From Calditrichia bacterium (GTDB taxonomy: Bacteria; Calditrichota; Calditrichia; JAJRVZ01), in the NCBI GenBank assembly GCA_963796965.1, contig CAWCNS010000003.1, forward strand, positions 1 to 64,000: a DNA stretch of 64,000 nucleotides. The letters run 5' to 3'. Every line of letters starts with the position of its first letter. Within the stretch, counting starts at the first letter, position 1. This document shows positions 18,783 to 28,576 of this stretch, one piece after another. The notes beneath the pieces are model-generated. The model was not told the origin of the DNA and did no database searches. It saw only the letters and a list, made by a program, of their open reading frames with translations. The position numbers were made by a program, and so were the translations under genes.

Positions 18783-19886
18783 ATGTTAGCAGAATTTTTA
18801 TTTCAGTTTAGAGACACCTTCTTTGGATTTAATGTGTTTCGCTATATAACAGTTAAGGCAGCCCTGGCTGCTGTTACGGCCCTTCTTTTCAGTATGCTGG
18901 TAGGTCCCAAAATTATAAATCTCTTGAGAAAATACCAGATCGGGGAAGAGATACGAACAGATGGACCGGAGACACATTTAGTCAAAAAGGGAACTCCAAC
19001 GATGGGTGGGCTCATCATTATAATCTCAATTCTCATAGGTGTTTTACTGTGGGCAAATCCTTTCAATATTTATGTTGCTTTAATTCTATTAGCAACATTA
19101 TCGATGGGATTAGTCGGATTTTTTGATGACTATTTGAAAGCTGTCATGAAAATGAAGAAGGGGCTGGTTAGCCGTTATAAATTGATTGGCCAAATTACAT
19201 TGAGCCTGGTAATTGGATTGATAATTTATTTTCACCCCTTTTTTGAGGGTCTTCATTCAAATACAAGTATTCCATTTTTTAAAAACCTGGAAATTGATTT
19301 TGGGATTTTCTACATATTTTTTATCATCTTTATCATTACCGGAACTTCGAATGCGGTCAATTTAACGGATGGACTCGATGGCTTGTCCACAGGTTTGAGC
19401 GCTATCGCCTTTTTATCTTTTGCCGGCATGAGCTATGTGACGGGACATATCCGCTTTAGTGACTACCTTAATATTATCTATTTACCCGGCAGTGAGGAAT
19501 TAGCTGTTTTTTGCATGGCTACAGTCGGTGCAGCCATAGGATTCCTTTGGTACAATACCTATCCTGCACAAGTATTTATGGGTGACACCGGGTCTCTCGC
19601 ACTTGGAAGTGCTCTCGGTACAGTAGCCGTATTGATAAAGAAGGAACTTTTGTTGGCAATAATTGGCGGTGTTTTCATCACAGAAGTTCTCTCCGTTATT
19701 ATTCAGACCAGCTGGTTCAAGTATACAAGAAAAAAATATGGTAAGGGAAAGCGTGTCTTTCGAATGGCACCTCTTCATCATCACTTTGAGTTGCAAGGAC
19801 TTCCTGAATCAAAAGTTGTGGTTAGGTTTTGGATCATTGGTATATTATTAGCTCTCCTGACATTAACTACGTTTAAGACCCAGTAA
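18783..19886 (+). CDS. mraY: Phospho-MurNAc-pentapeptide transferase
   Basis: KKGTPTMGG, GFFDDYLK, NAVNLTDGLDGL, FMGDTGS, MAPLHHHFE. Confidence 0.99.
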   Translation: MLAEFLFQFRDTFFGFNVFRYITVKAALAAVTALLFSMLVGPKIINLLRKYQIGEEIRTDGPETHLVKKGTPTMGGLIIIISILIGVLLWANPFNIYVALILLATLSMGLVGFFDDYLKAVMKMKKGLVSRYKLIGQITLSLVIGLIIYFHPFFEGLHSNTSIPFFKNLEIDFGIFYIFFIIFIITGTSNAVNLTDGLDGLSTGLSAIAFLSFAGMSYVTGHIRFSDYLNIIYLPGSEELAVFCMATVGAAIGFLWYNTYPAQVFMGDTGSLALGSALGTVAVLIKKELLLAIIGGVFITEVLSVIIQTSWFKYTRKKYGKGKRVFRMAPLHHHFELQGLPESKVVVRFWIIGILLALLTLTTFKTQ

Positions 19887-19988
19887 AAATATTTAGTAAT
19901 GTCAAAAGAAATAATATAGTATTAGTAATATATAGACTTTTTTTATAAACGCTGAGCTCGCAGAGCGCAAAGAAAAATATAAATTACA

Positions 19989-21344
19989 ATGAGACAGGAT
20001 ATAAAAGGCAAAAAGATAGTAATTCTTGGTGCAGCTCGAAGTGGATTAGCAGCAGCAAAATTATTACAAAAAAAAGGAGCAAGGGTATTTATAAGTGATA
20101 ACGCCCCTGCTGATCAGAAGAAACAAGAGATAATGAGATTACAGCAAGAAAACATTACCTATGAATTTGGCGGTCATAGCAATAGAATATTTGAGGCAGA
20201 TTTTGCTGTGCTAAGCCCGGGGATTCCAAAGACGTCAAATTCTGTTGCATCAATTATGTCAAAGGGAATTCCTGTCTATTCTGAACTGGAAATTGCTTCA
20301 TGGTTTTGTCAGTCTCCGATTATTGCCATAACCGGATCAAATGGGAAAACAACTACGACAACTCTATTGGGAGAAATGATAAAATCTGAGTTGCCAGATT
20401 CAATTGTGGCAGGAAATATAGGAACAGCATTTTCCGACCAGGTTGAGATTAGTGTCAAAACGGGGTGGGCTGTGGTAGAAGTTTCAAGTTTCCAATTAGA
20501 AACAATCGACCACTTTCATCCCAAAATTGTGATGCTCTTAAATTTTGCACCTAATCATCTCGATTGGTATAAATCTTATGAAGACTATATTCAGGCAAAA
20601 TTGCTGATTCTGAAAAATCTCACATCCGAAGATATTCTTATTTATAATCTGGATGATGATTTGGTTTGCGAAAAAGCAAAATCATGCAATGCAAAAAAAT
20701 ACACTTTTTCACTTAATAAAAATTCGGCGGATGCTTTCTATCTGAACAATGAACTATTCATTAATGAGAAGAAGTTGATTGACTGTAACGATATCCGGTT
20801 AAACGGATTGCATAATTATCAGAATGCTATGGCTGCAATTCTCGCCGCTAAGCAAGCCAACATTTCTGATGAAGCCATCACTAAAGTTTTGAAAACATTT
20901 GCCGGCGTTGAACATCGGCTCGAACAAGTAACAACAATTAATGGCGTTCACTTTATAAACGATTCAAAGGCCACAACAATTGAATCTTTAGCTGTTGCCC
21001 TTGGAAGTTTCGATACACCAATAATATTAATTGCCGGTGGGAAAGATAAAGGCGGCGATTATGAAAAATTAAATCCTTTGATTTCAGCTAACGTCCGTGC
21101 AGCTGTACTTATTGGGGCTGCGCAAGAAAAAATGGCAAAAGCATGGCAGGGATTAATTCCTGTTCATCCCAGTGAAACCCTGGAACAGGCGGTAGAAAAA
21201 TCATTTCAGTTGGCGTCTGTAGGAGAAAATGTGTTGCTATCCCCTGCATGTTCCAGCTTTGATATGTTTACTGACTTTGAGGACCGTGGTAATAAATTTA
21301 AAAATAGCGTAAATAAATTAAAAGAACGAATAAATGGCAGTTAA
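19989..21344 (+). CDS. murD: UDP-MurNAc-L-Ala:D-Glu ligase
   Basis: GAARSG, SPGIP, TGSNGKTTTT, EVSSFQL, HRLE, NDSKAT, GGKDKG, SPACSSFD. Confidence 0.98.
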   Translation: MRQDIKGKKIVILGAARSGLAAAKLLQKKGARVFISDNAPADQKKQEIMRLQQENITYEFGGHSNRIFEADFAVLSPGIPKTSNSVASIMSKGIPVYSELEIASWFCQSPIIAITGSNGKTTTTTLLGEMIKSELPDSIVAGNIGTAFSDQVEISVKTGWAVVEVSSFQLETIDHFHPKIVMLLNFAPNHLDWYKSYEDYIQAKLLILKNLTSEDILIYNLDDDLVCEKAKSCNAKKYTFSLNKNSADAFYLNNELFINEKKLIDCNDIRLNGLHNYQNAMAAILAAKQANISDEAITKVLKTFAGVEHRLEQVTTINGVHFINDSKATTIESLAVALGSFDTPIILIAGGKDKGGDYEKLNPLISANVRAAVLIGAAQEKMAKAWQGLIPVHPSETLEQAVEKSFQLASVGENVLLSPACSSFDMFTDFEDRGNKFKNSVNKLKERINGS

Positions 21345-22507
21345 AAGAAAAAATGATGGTTGGCTGGTAGCAGCCGTTACCGTATTACTCACGATTGGCC
21401 TGATTATGGTCTTTAGTGCCAGCGCAGTTATGGCACAGGAGAAGTATGGCTCTTTACTATATTACTCTCAGAAACAAATACTATGGGGGTTTTTGTGCAT
21501 ATTTATAATCTTTATCTTTTCAAGAATAAATTATACCGTTTATACAAAGAGAAATTTACCATTATTTGGCGTTCTCACCTCAATATTCCTATTACTTGGA
21601 TTGTATTTATGGGGTGATATTGTAAATGGAGCCCGTCGCTGGTATAGCCTTGGGTTTGTCAGACTTTCAGCCATCTGAGCTGGCTAAAATTGCTCTGATC
21701 ATCTACTTTGCAAATATTTTTTCCAGAAAAGGAGAAATATTACGGAACTGGAAGAAGGGGCTGTTGCCTCATGTGCTGATTTTTATGACGGTGGTGACTC
21801 CAATTCTTTTCCAACCGGACCTCGGAACAGTTGTAATGATTAGTTTGATCATTTCTGTCATGGCTTTACTTAGTAATATACGTTTTAAACATGTTCTGGC
21901 AGGTATCACCTTAGTTTTACCAGCCGTGATATTAAAGGTTCAAACAAGTGGATACCAGCTAACACGAATTAAAAATTGGTGGGATAATTTTTCTAATCCC
22001 CTTGGATCGGGGCATCAGATAAAACAATCGTTAATTGGACTTGGAAAAGGTGGAATAATTGGTACCGGGCTGGGAGGTAGCAAACAAAAATTTTATTTTT
22101 TACCGGATTCTCATACGGATTTCGTTTTTTCGATTCTTGGTGAAGAAGCCGGATTTATAGGGACAACTTTTGTGCTTCTTTGTTTTTTAGTGATTCTATG
22201 GCGAGGGATCAGCATTTCTAAACGAGCGCCCAACACATTCACACAATATTTCACTATTGGTCTTACTATGAATTTGGTATTATATGCTTTTATAAATGTT
22301 GCCGTGGTCACAATGCTTCTTCCTACAACTGGATTACCAATGCCTTTTTTAAGCTATGGTGGCTCCTCACTTGTGAGTGTTGGCTTGACGATTGGAATAT
22401 TGATAAATATATCCAGACATGCAAATCATCCTGATTTGGATGGAAGGTTAGAAAACTTTAAGGATGATAGACGAAAATTTTATAACACCCTGGTTGGAAC
22501 ACGATAA
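21334..22507 (+). CDS. ftsW: SEDS peptidoglycan polymerase FtsW, split by a 1-bp frameshift near 21655-21665
   Basis: First fragment has MVFSAS and NGARRW; second has FQPSELAK, QPDLG, HTDFVF, PTTGLPMPFLSYGGSS. Confidence 0.95.
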
Positions 22508-22509
22508 AG

Positions 22510-23628
22510 ATGAGGAGGGATATCAGAATTATATTTGCTGGAGGCGGCACGGGCGGACATGTATTTCCTGCCATATATATGGCGGAGTATTTGCATAAAC
22601 ACTGGGGTGCATCTTGTCAATTTATAGGCACCAAAAACGGATTTGAGAATCGAAAAGTTCCTCAATCAGGCTTTTTGATTCGTCATATCTGGATTAGTGG
22701 ATTCCGGCGAGGATTTTATCTGAGCAACCTCCTGTTTCCATTAAAATTGATTGTCAGCCTTTTTCAAAGTAAAAAAATATTAAAACAGGTACAGCCACAC
22801 CTGGTGATCGGTACAGGCGGATATGTTGCCGGTCCAATTTTGCGTCAGGCTGTTAAAATGGGAATTCCGACAGCAATTCAGGAGCAAAACAGTTATCCCG
22901 GAGTGACGACACGCATACTTGCCTCAAAAGTTGACTGTGTCTTTCTTGCTTACGAAGATTCCCTGAAATATCTGAAAAGCCTGAAAAAATATATTCTAAC
23001 CGGAAATCCGATCAAGGAAGAACTAATAATCGATGATTTAATTAAGGCAAGAAAATTTTTTGGATTAAAAGAAAAACTGCCCATAATCCTTGTATTTGGT
23101 GGTAGTCAGGGCGCCCGAAATCTGAATGTAGCCATTGATACTATACTGGAGAAGAAAATTCTAAATGATGTACAAATTATTTGGCAGACGGGTAGGGTCG
23201 ATTTTGAAAAATATCAAAAAAAATATGCCGATTTTAAAGATTTAACACTATGTATTCTACCCTTTATCGACCAGATGAATTTCGCTTACTCGATCAGTTA
23301 TTTCGCTGTTACAAGGGCAGGTGCGATGACTATATCTGAACTAGCCGCGGCAAAATTGCCGGCAATACTTGTTCCATATCCTTTCGCAGCAGCTGATCAT
23401 CAAAAAAAGAACGCACAGTCTATTGCAACAGCTGGAGGAGCAGTGATGATTGAAGATAATTCTGACCTGGCAAAGGATTTAGTTGATTCAATTATGACTT
23501 TATTAGCCTCACCAGAAAAGGTCACTATGATGGGAAACCATATCCATAAGTTTCATAAGGCAGATACTATGGCCCTGATAACAAAAGAATTAAGCAAGTT
23601 GGTAGAAAGCAATCCGAATAACGCTTAA
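22510..23628 (+). CDS. murG: Lipid II GlcNAc transferase
   Basis: GGGTGGHVFP, GTGGYV, EQNSYPG, GNP, GGSQGA, RAGA, HQKKNA. Confidence 0.98.
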   Translation: MRRDIRIIFAGGGTGGHVFPAIYMAEYLHKHWGASCQFIGTKNGFENRKVPQSGFLIRHIWISGFRRGFYLSNLLFPLKLIVSLFQSKKILKQVQPHLVIGTGGYVAGPILRQAVKMGIPTAIQEQNSYPGVTTRILASKVDCVFLAYEDSLKYLKSLKKYILTGNPIKEELIIDDLIKARKFFGLKEKLPIILVFGGSQGARNLNVAIDTILEKKILNDVQIIWQTGRVDFEKYQKKYADFKDLTLCILPFIDQMNFAYSISYFAVTRAGAMTISELAAAKLPAILVPYPFAAADHQKKNAQSIATAGGAVMIEDNSDLAKDLVDSIMTLLASPEKVTMMGNHIHKFHKADTMALITKELSKLVESNPNNA

Positions 23629-23654
23629 GAATTGTATGGCATTAGAATAATAAT

Positions 23655-25049
23655 ATGACAGATATACTTAAAAATGCAAATCACATTTACTTTACAGGTA
23701 TCGGTGGCATAGGCATGAGCGGCATCGCTGAAATACTTTTAGAACGCGGTTATCGTGTTTCCGGATCAGACCGTCAGTTAAGTGATATCACCGCCTATTT
23801 GCAATCAAATGGCGCCATTATTTATCAAGGGCATCAGGCAGATAATCTGGCGGATGTTGATGTTCTGGTTTATTCATCAGCCATCCCTGATATTAATCCG
23901 GAAAGGCAGGAGGCCAAGCGGCGTCAAATCCCAGAGATACGCCGGGCGGAAATGCTTGCTTCAATCATGTGCAATTATTTCAACATCGCTATTGCCGGGA
24001 CTCATGGAAAAACCACAACCACAGCTCTATGCTCACACATTATAATCGAATCCGGTCTCGATCCAACCGTCGTTATTGGGGGACGGTTAAAAAATCTAAA
24101 AACCAATGCCCGACTTGGAAAAGGAAATATTTTCATAACTGAAGCAGATGAATATGACCGGAGTTTTCTGTCTCTATCTCCTGATATTTCTGTGATTACA
24201 ACCATAGAAGAGGATCATCTGGATATTTATAAAGATATGTCTGATATAAGACTCACATTCAAGACATTTGCTGGTTTGGGGTCACCTGAGGGCAAAGTTA
24301 TCTGCTGTATTGATGATCCGGAAGTACGAAATTTGTCAACTCAGATTGACAAAGAAGTGATCACATATGGATTTTCCGATGATGCCATGTATCAGGTAAC
24401 TAATCCGACCTTTTCTGAAAGTGGTTCTAATTTTGAAATTCACAAGAATCAACAATTTCAGTCAAATATAACCTTACATATTCCAGGACGTCACAATATC
24501 CTCAACGCCCTGGCAAGTTATGTGGTTGCCCAACAATTGGGCGCTAAAATTAATTTGATTGAAGAAGCATTAAAAAGCTTCGCCGGAGTCGATCGTCGTT
24601 TTGAAATAAAAGGAACTGTAAATGACATAACCGTGGTAGATGACTATGCTCATCATCCGACTGAAGTTGCCGCGACAATTGAAAGTGCTAAATCAGGATG
24701 GGATAGACGTTTAGTTGTCGTATTTCAACCTCATCTGTTTTCGAGAACCCGTGATTTTTATAAAGAATTTGCTTTTGCGTTATCCAAAGCCGATGAAATC
24801 ATACTATCTGATATCTATCCGGCCAGGGAAGAACCAATTCCTGGAGTGAGTAGTGAGATGATAGTGACCGAAGCCATTGATAAGGCCTATAAAAATTTTA
24901 TTTATATGCCCAGGCCTCGGGATATCGAAGAATATTTATATGAGCATCTAATACCAGGTGATTTAGTTATAACCATGGGCGCTGGGGATATCTGGCTCTG
25001 TGGTGAAAGTTTGTTAAAAAGACTGAAGGCAAAAACAGTTGAAAACTAA
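23655..25049 (+). CDS. murC: UDP-MurNAc:L-Ala ligase
   Basis: GIGGIGMSGIA, GTHGKTTTT, EADEYD, DDYAHHPTE, FQPHLFSRT, GAGDI. Confidence 0.98.
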   Translation: MTDILKNANHIYFTGIGGIGMSGIAEILLERGYRVSGSDRQLSDITAYLQSNGAIIYQGHQADNLADVDVLVYSSAIPDINPERQEAKRRQIPEIRRAEMLASIMCNYFNIAIAGTHGKTTTTALCSHIIIESGLDPTVVIGGRLKNLKTNARLGKGNIFITEADEYDRSFLSLSPDISVITTIEEDHLDIYKDMSDIRLTFKTFAGLGSPEGKVICCIDDPEVRNLSTQIDKEVITYGFSDDAMYQVTNPTFSESGSNFEIHKNQQFQSNITLHIPGRHNILNALASYVVAQQLGAKINLIEEALKSFAGVDRRFEIKGTVNDITVVDDYAHHPTEVAATIESAKSGWDRRLVVVFQPHLFSRTRDFYKEFAFALSKADEIILSDIYPAREEPIPGVSSEMIVTEAIDKAYKNFIYMPRPRDIEEYLYEHLIPGDLVITMGAGDIWLCGESLLKRLKAKTVEN

Positions 25050-25845
25050 AAAATATAAAATCCCAGACAAACCTAAGAGCAGGCGTAAGGAAAAGTTCTG
25101 GAATGGCTCAGGGAAGTTTTTTCTATTTCTGATCTTTAGTTATCTGATCTACTACGGCATTACCCAAATGTCAGATATTGCTGGTCAGCGAAAAGATCAG
25201 TTCAAGAAAACTGACATAGAAATTGTTGGAAATCGTCTGATTTCCTCATCAAAAATTCTGAATATATGTGGTTTTAACAATAAAACGGACGAGGCCATTG
25301 ATATTAATATCGATTCGCTCGCCTCGCGCTTGATGACATTGAGATATTCAAAGGGTATTAGTATAACACGCAGACCCCCTCGTCTGCTCAACATTACAAT
25401 AGATGAATTTGAACCAGTTGCATTTATTTATGGTAAAGGATTGAACTTGATCGATGGTGATGGAACTCTTATTCCGGTTCCACATAGTGGTCTGCTTTGG
25501 GACCTGCCACTCATATCAGGTATTAATGAATCATTGGGGAAACTCGGGAAACAGACAACCGCCGCTGAAGCCTATCTTGGCTTAGAGATTGTTCGCTGTA
25601 TGGAAGATGAAAATCCTTTGCTTGCCGGATTGGTTTCTGAAATTAATTTGTCTGATAAAAAGTTTATTGAAATTTTTCTTATAAAAGGTGGAACAAAAAT
25701 CAGAGTAAATAGGGAATCCTTTTATAAAGAACTCTATGTATTAAAAAACTACATCACTAATTACATGGATTGGAAGCAGATGGCTCAGATTGAATACATT
25801 GACCTTCGCTTTAAGAATCAATTGATCGTGAAACCAAGGGCTTAA
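25039..25845 (+). CDS. ftsQ: Cell division protein FtsQ/DivIB
   Basis: Basic N-terminus, TM, POTRA-like region (I.GN, P..L.I.I.E), DLPLISG, YIDLRFKNQLIVK. Confidence 0.88.
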   Translation: MKTKKYKIPDKPKSRRKEKFWNGSGKFFLFLIFSYLIYYGITQMSDIAGQRKDQFKKTDIEIVGNRLISSSKILNICGFNNKTDEAIDINIDSLASRLMTLRYSKGISITRRPPRLLNITIDEFEPVAFIYGKGLNLIDGDGTLIPVPHSGLLWDLPLISGINESLGKLGKQTTAAEAYLGLEIVRCMEDENPLLAGLVSEINLSDKKFIEIFLIKGGTKIRVNRESFYKELYVLKNYITNYMDWKQMAQIEYIDLRFKNQLIVKPRA

Positions 25846-25894
25846 TGAATCAATCTCACAATATAGAGTACTAAAAGTTACAGGGAAAACCCAA

Positions 25895-27124
25895 ATGAGT
25901 GAAGAACGAATATTTGTCGGTCTTGATATCGGCACGACTAAGATTGCGGCCGTCGTAGCACGGTTGGATGAGTATAACGCTTTAAATATTGCAGGCGTAG
26001 GAACCTCACCTTCTCATGGACTACGTCGTGGTGTTGTAATAAATATTGAACAAACCGTTCAATCAATTAAAAAAGCCCTGGAACAGGCACAGTTAATGTC
26101 TGGTTGTCATATTGAGAATATTTACGCCGGAATCGCTGGTGATCATATTCGCAGCATTAACAGCAAGGGTGTTATTGCCGTGGGCAGTAAGGATAAGATA
26201 ATCACACAAAATGACCTTGATCGCGTTGTTGATGCAGCAAAAGCAATCGCTCTTCCGATGGATAGAGAAATTATCCACATTTTGCCACAAGAGTTTATAG
26301 TAGATGACCAGGATGGCATAAAGGATCCAATCGGTATGGCTGGTACACGACTGGAATGCGAGGTACATATTGTAACTGCATCTGCTGCTGCTGTCCAGAA
26401 TATTGTTAATTGTGTTAAACAGTCTGGCTATTCGGTTGAAGAGATAGTTCTCGAACCTTATGCTTCTAGTCTCGCTGTTCTTAATCATGATGAACTGGAC
26501 CTGGGTGTGGCAATTATGGATATCGGAGGAGGGACTTCTGATATTGCCGTCTTTCTTGATGGCAGCATTCGCTTCACATCGGTCTTAGGTCTTGGGGGTG
26601 AACATGTAACCAATGATCTCTCTCACGGGTTACGTACACCAATGGATCAGGCAGAGGAAATAAAGAAAAAATATGGATGCGCTTTACAAAGTATGGTATC
26701 CCAAGATGAGCATGTTCTGGTTGAGGGAATTCATGGGAGAGCTGCCAGAGAAATCGCCAGAAGTGTTTTGAGCGCAATCATCGAGCCAAGAATGGAAGAG
26801 ATGTTTACACTTGCTCTTCATGAACTGGAAAAATCTGATGTTTACGATTCATTAGCTGCAGGAATTGTACTTACCGGGGGTGCATCTTTACTCCCTGGAT
26901 CTGTAGAGTTAGCAGAACGCGTACTCGGTATTCCTGCCAAAATTGGTTCTCCCATTGTTTCGGGGGGGCTCGTAGAGACTGTTAAGAGTCCTATTTTTGC
27001 TACCAGTGTAGGATTAATTAAATATTCAGTGAACAGAAAACCCCAGGTAGGATCAAGTGGTAGCAGCGGAAAGATAAAAAACTGGATTGATCAGATTAAG
27101 GAATATTTTGAGGATATTTTCTAG
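25895..27124 (+). CDS. ftsA: Cell division protein FtsA
   Basis: GLDIGTTKI, GLRRGVVINI, DIGGGT, AEEIKKKYG, GIVLTGG. Confidence 0.98.
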   Translation: MSEERIFVGLDIGTTKIAAVVARLDEYNALNIAGVGTSPSHGLRRGVVINIEQTVQSIKKALEQAQLMSGCHIENIYAGIAGDHIRSINSKGVIAVGSKDKIITQNDLDRVVDAAKAIALPMDREIIHILPQEFIVDDQDGIKDPIGMAGTRLECEVHIVTASAAAVQNIVNCVKQSGYSVEEIVLEPYASSLAVLNHDELDLGVAIMDIGGGTSDIAVFLDGSIRFTSVLGLGGEHVTNDLSHGLRTPMDQAEEIKKKYGCALQSMVSQDEHVLVEGIHGRAAREIARSVLSAIIEPRMEEMFTLALHELEKSDVYDSLAAGIVLTGGASLLPGSVELAERVLGIPAKIGSPIVSGGLVETVKSPIFATSVGLIKYSVNRKPQVGSSGSSGKIKNWIDQIKEYFEDIF

Positions 27125-27193
27125 TCTGTTTAATTACTCAATATTATTTCCTGAGAAAAAAATAGAAAATAATTTTATAGAAATGAATTAAGA

Positions 27194-28411
27194 ATGAGGG
27201 AGAAAGAAATGATTCAATTTGACAATCTGGCTGAACAAAGTGCCAAGATTAAGGTAGTCGGAATCGGAGGCGCTGGTGGTAACGCATTAAATGGAATGAT
27301 TGAGGCAGGTCTGAGTGGAGTAGAATTTATATCTGTCAACACGGATGCTCAGAATCTGGAAAATAACCGCGCTCCTTCCCGGATACAAATTGGTAAGAAT
27401 CTGACAAAAGGTCTGGGGGCAGGAGCGAATCCGGAAGTAGGGCTAAGAGCAGCGGAAGAGGACAAGGAAGCTATAATTAATTCGCTTAGTGGCGCGGACA
27501 TGGTCTTTGTTACCTGTGGTATGGGGGGAGGGACCGGAACAGGGGCTGCCCCAGTCATCGCCGAAATAGCCAAAGATCTTGGTGCCCTAACAGTCGGTAT
27601 CGTTACTAAACCATTCTCTTTCGAGGGAGCAACACGTTTAACTAATGCAGATAAAGGTATCGAGGAAATGCGTAAGTGCATTGATACTCTTATTGTGATA
27701 CCAAATGATCGTGTTTTCTCTCTTATAGATCGTAATACACCGGCAATTTCTGCATTTAAGGTTATTGATTCTATTCTACTCGAAGCAACCCGAAGCATTT
27801 CAGACCTTATCAATACACATGGATACATAAATCTAGATTTTGCTGATATCAGAACAGTAATGATGGGTATGGGTGATGCTTTGATGGGAACAGGTATGTC
27901 GACTGGTGAGGGACGCGCAACAGCTGCAGCTGAAGAAGCTATTTCTTCACCGCTACTCGATGGTGTCAGTATCGGCGGCGCCCTCGGTGTGTTAATCAAT
28001 ATAACAGGTGGTTCCAACCTAACATTATGGGAAGTAAATGATGCTGCTACAATTATACAAGAGGCAGCCGGGGAGAATGTAAATGTGATATTCGGGATGG
28101 TAGTGGACGAAGCACTCTCAGAAGAGTTACGTGTAACTGTCATTGCTACCGGATTTAACAGACAGGCTGAAATTCATACGAAACTGGAGGCTCCCAAATC
28201 AATACCTAAAAGTTATGAACCCATGGACTTTGCTGAGTTGGATAAGCCCGCCTTTATCCGTAAACAAAATGAAGAGGTGCAATCAGCAAAGGAAATTCCT
28301 TCTGTTGCCAAACCGCAGAAAACTAGTGTATATCAGTTTGGAGATGATGACCTACCTGATGCCCCAAATGAGCTGGATACGCCAACTTTCCTGCGTAAAC
28401 AAATGGATTAA
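27194..28411 (+). CDS. ftsZ: Cell division protein FtsZ
   Basis: GIGGAGGNA, NTDAQ, GLGAGANP, GMGGGTGTG, NLDFADI, C-terminal DTPTFLRKQMD. Confidence 0.99.
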   Translation: MREKEMIQFDNLAEQSAKIKVVGIGGAGGNALNGMIEAGLSGVEFISVNTDAQNLENNRAPSRIQIGKNLTKGLGAGANPEVGLRAAEEDKEAIINSLSGADMVFVTCGMGGGTGTGAAPVIAEIAKDLGALTVGIVTKPFSFEGATRLTNADKGIEEMRKCIDTLIVIPNDRVFSLIDRNTPAISAFKVIDSILLEATRSISDLINTHGYINLDFADIRTVMMGMGDALMGTGMSTGEGRATAAAEEAISSPLLDGVSIGGALGVLINITGGSNLTLWEVNDAATIIQEAAGENVNVIFGMVVDEALSEELRVTVIATGFNRQAEIHTKLEAPKSIPKSYEPMDFAELDKPAFIRKQNEEVQSAKEIPSVAKPQKTSVYQFGDDDLPDAPNELDTPTFLRKQMD

Positions 28412-28454
28412 TGTAAAGGGACGATTGATCGCCTCTCTGCATATCATGTAATAT

Positions 28455-28498
28455 AAAAAAAAAGGTTACCGGTCTCATTTACCGGCAGCCTTTTTTTT
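28455..28498. terminator. Bidirectional intrinsic terminator between ftsZ and recJ
   Basis: A-tract, ggttaccggt...accggcagcc stem, T8 tract, between convergent genes. Confidence 0.85.
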
Positions 28499-28576
28499 AT
28501 CTCTTTACTTTAAGTTAATAAATCAGATTCTGGCAAAGTCCTGTGTTTATGAATTGATTAAATTGACTATATTCTT

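Noticed and set aside
21626..21678. Programmed ribosomal frameshifting in ftsW
   Set aside because: No canonical slippery heptamer, and many unrelated genes show similar indels, so assembly error is more parsimonious
27349..28143. 264-aa antisense ORF
   Set aside because: Codon-mirror shadow of highly conserved ftsZ; no independent motifs
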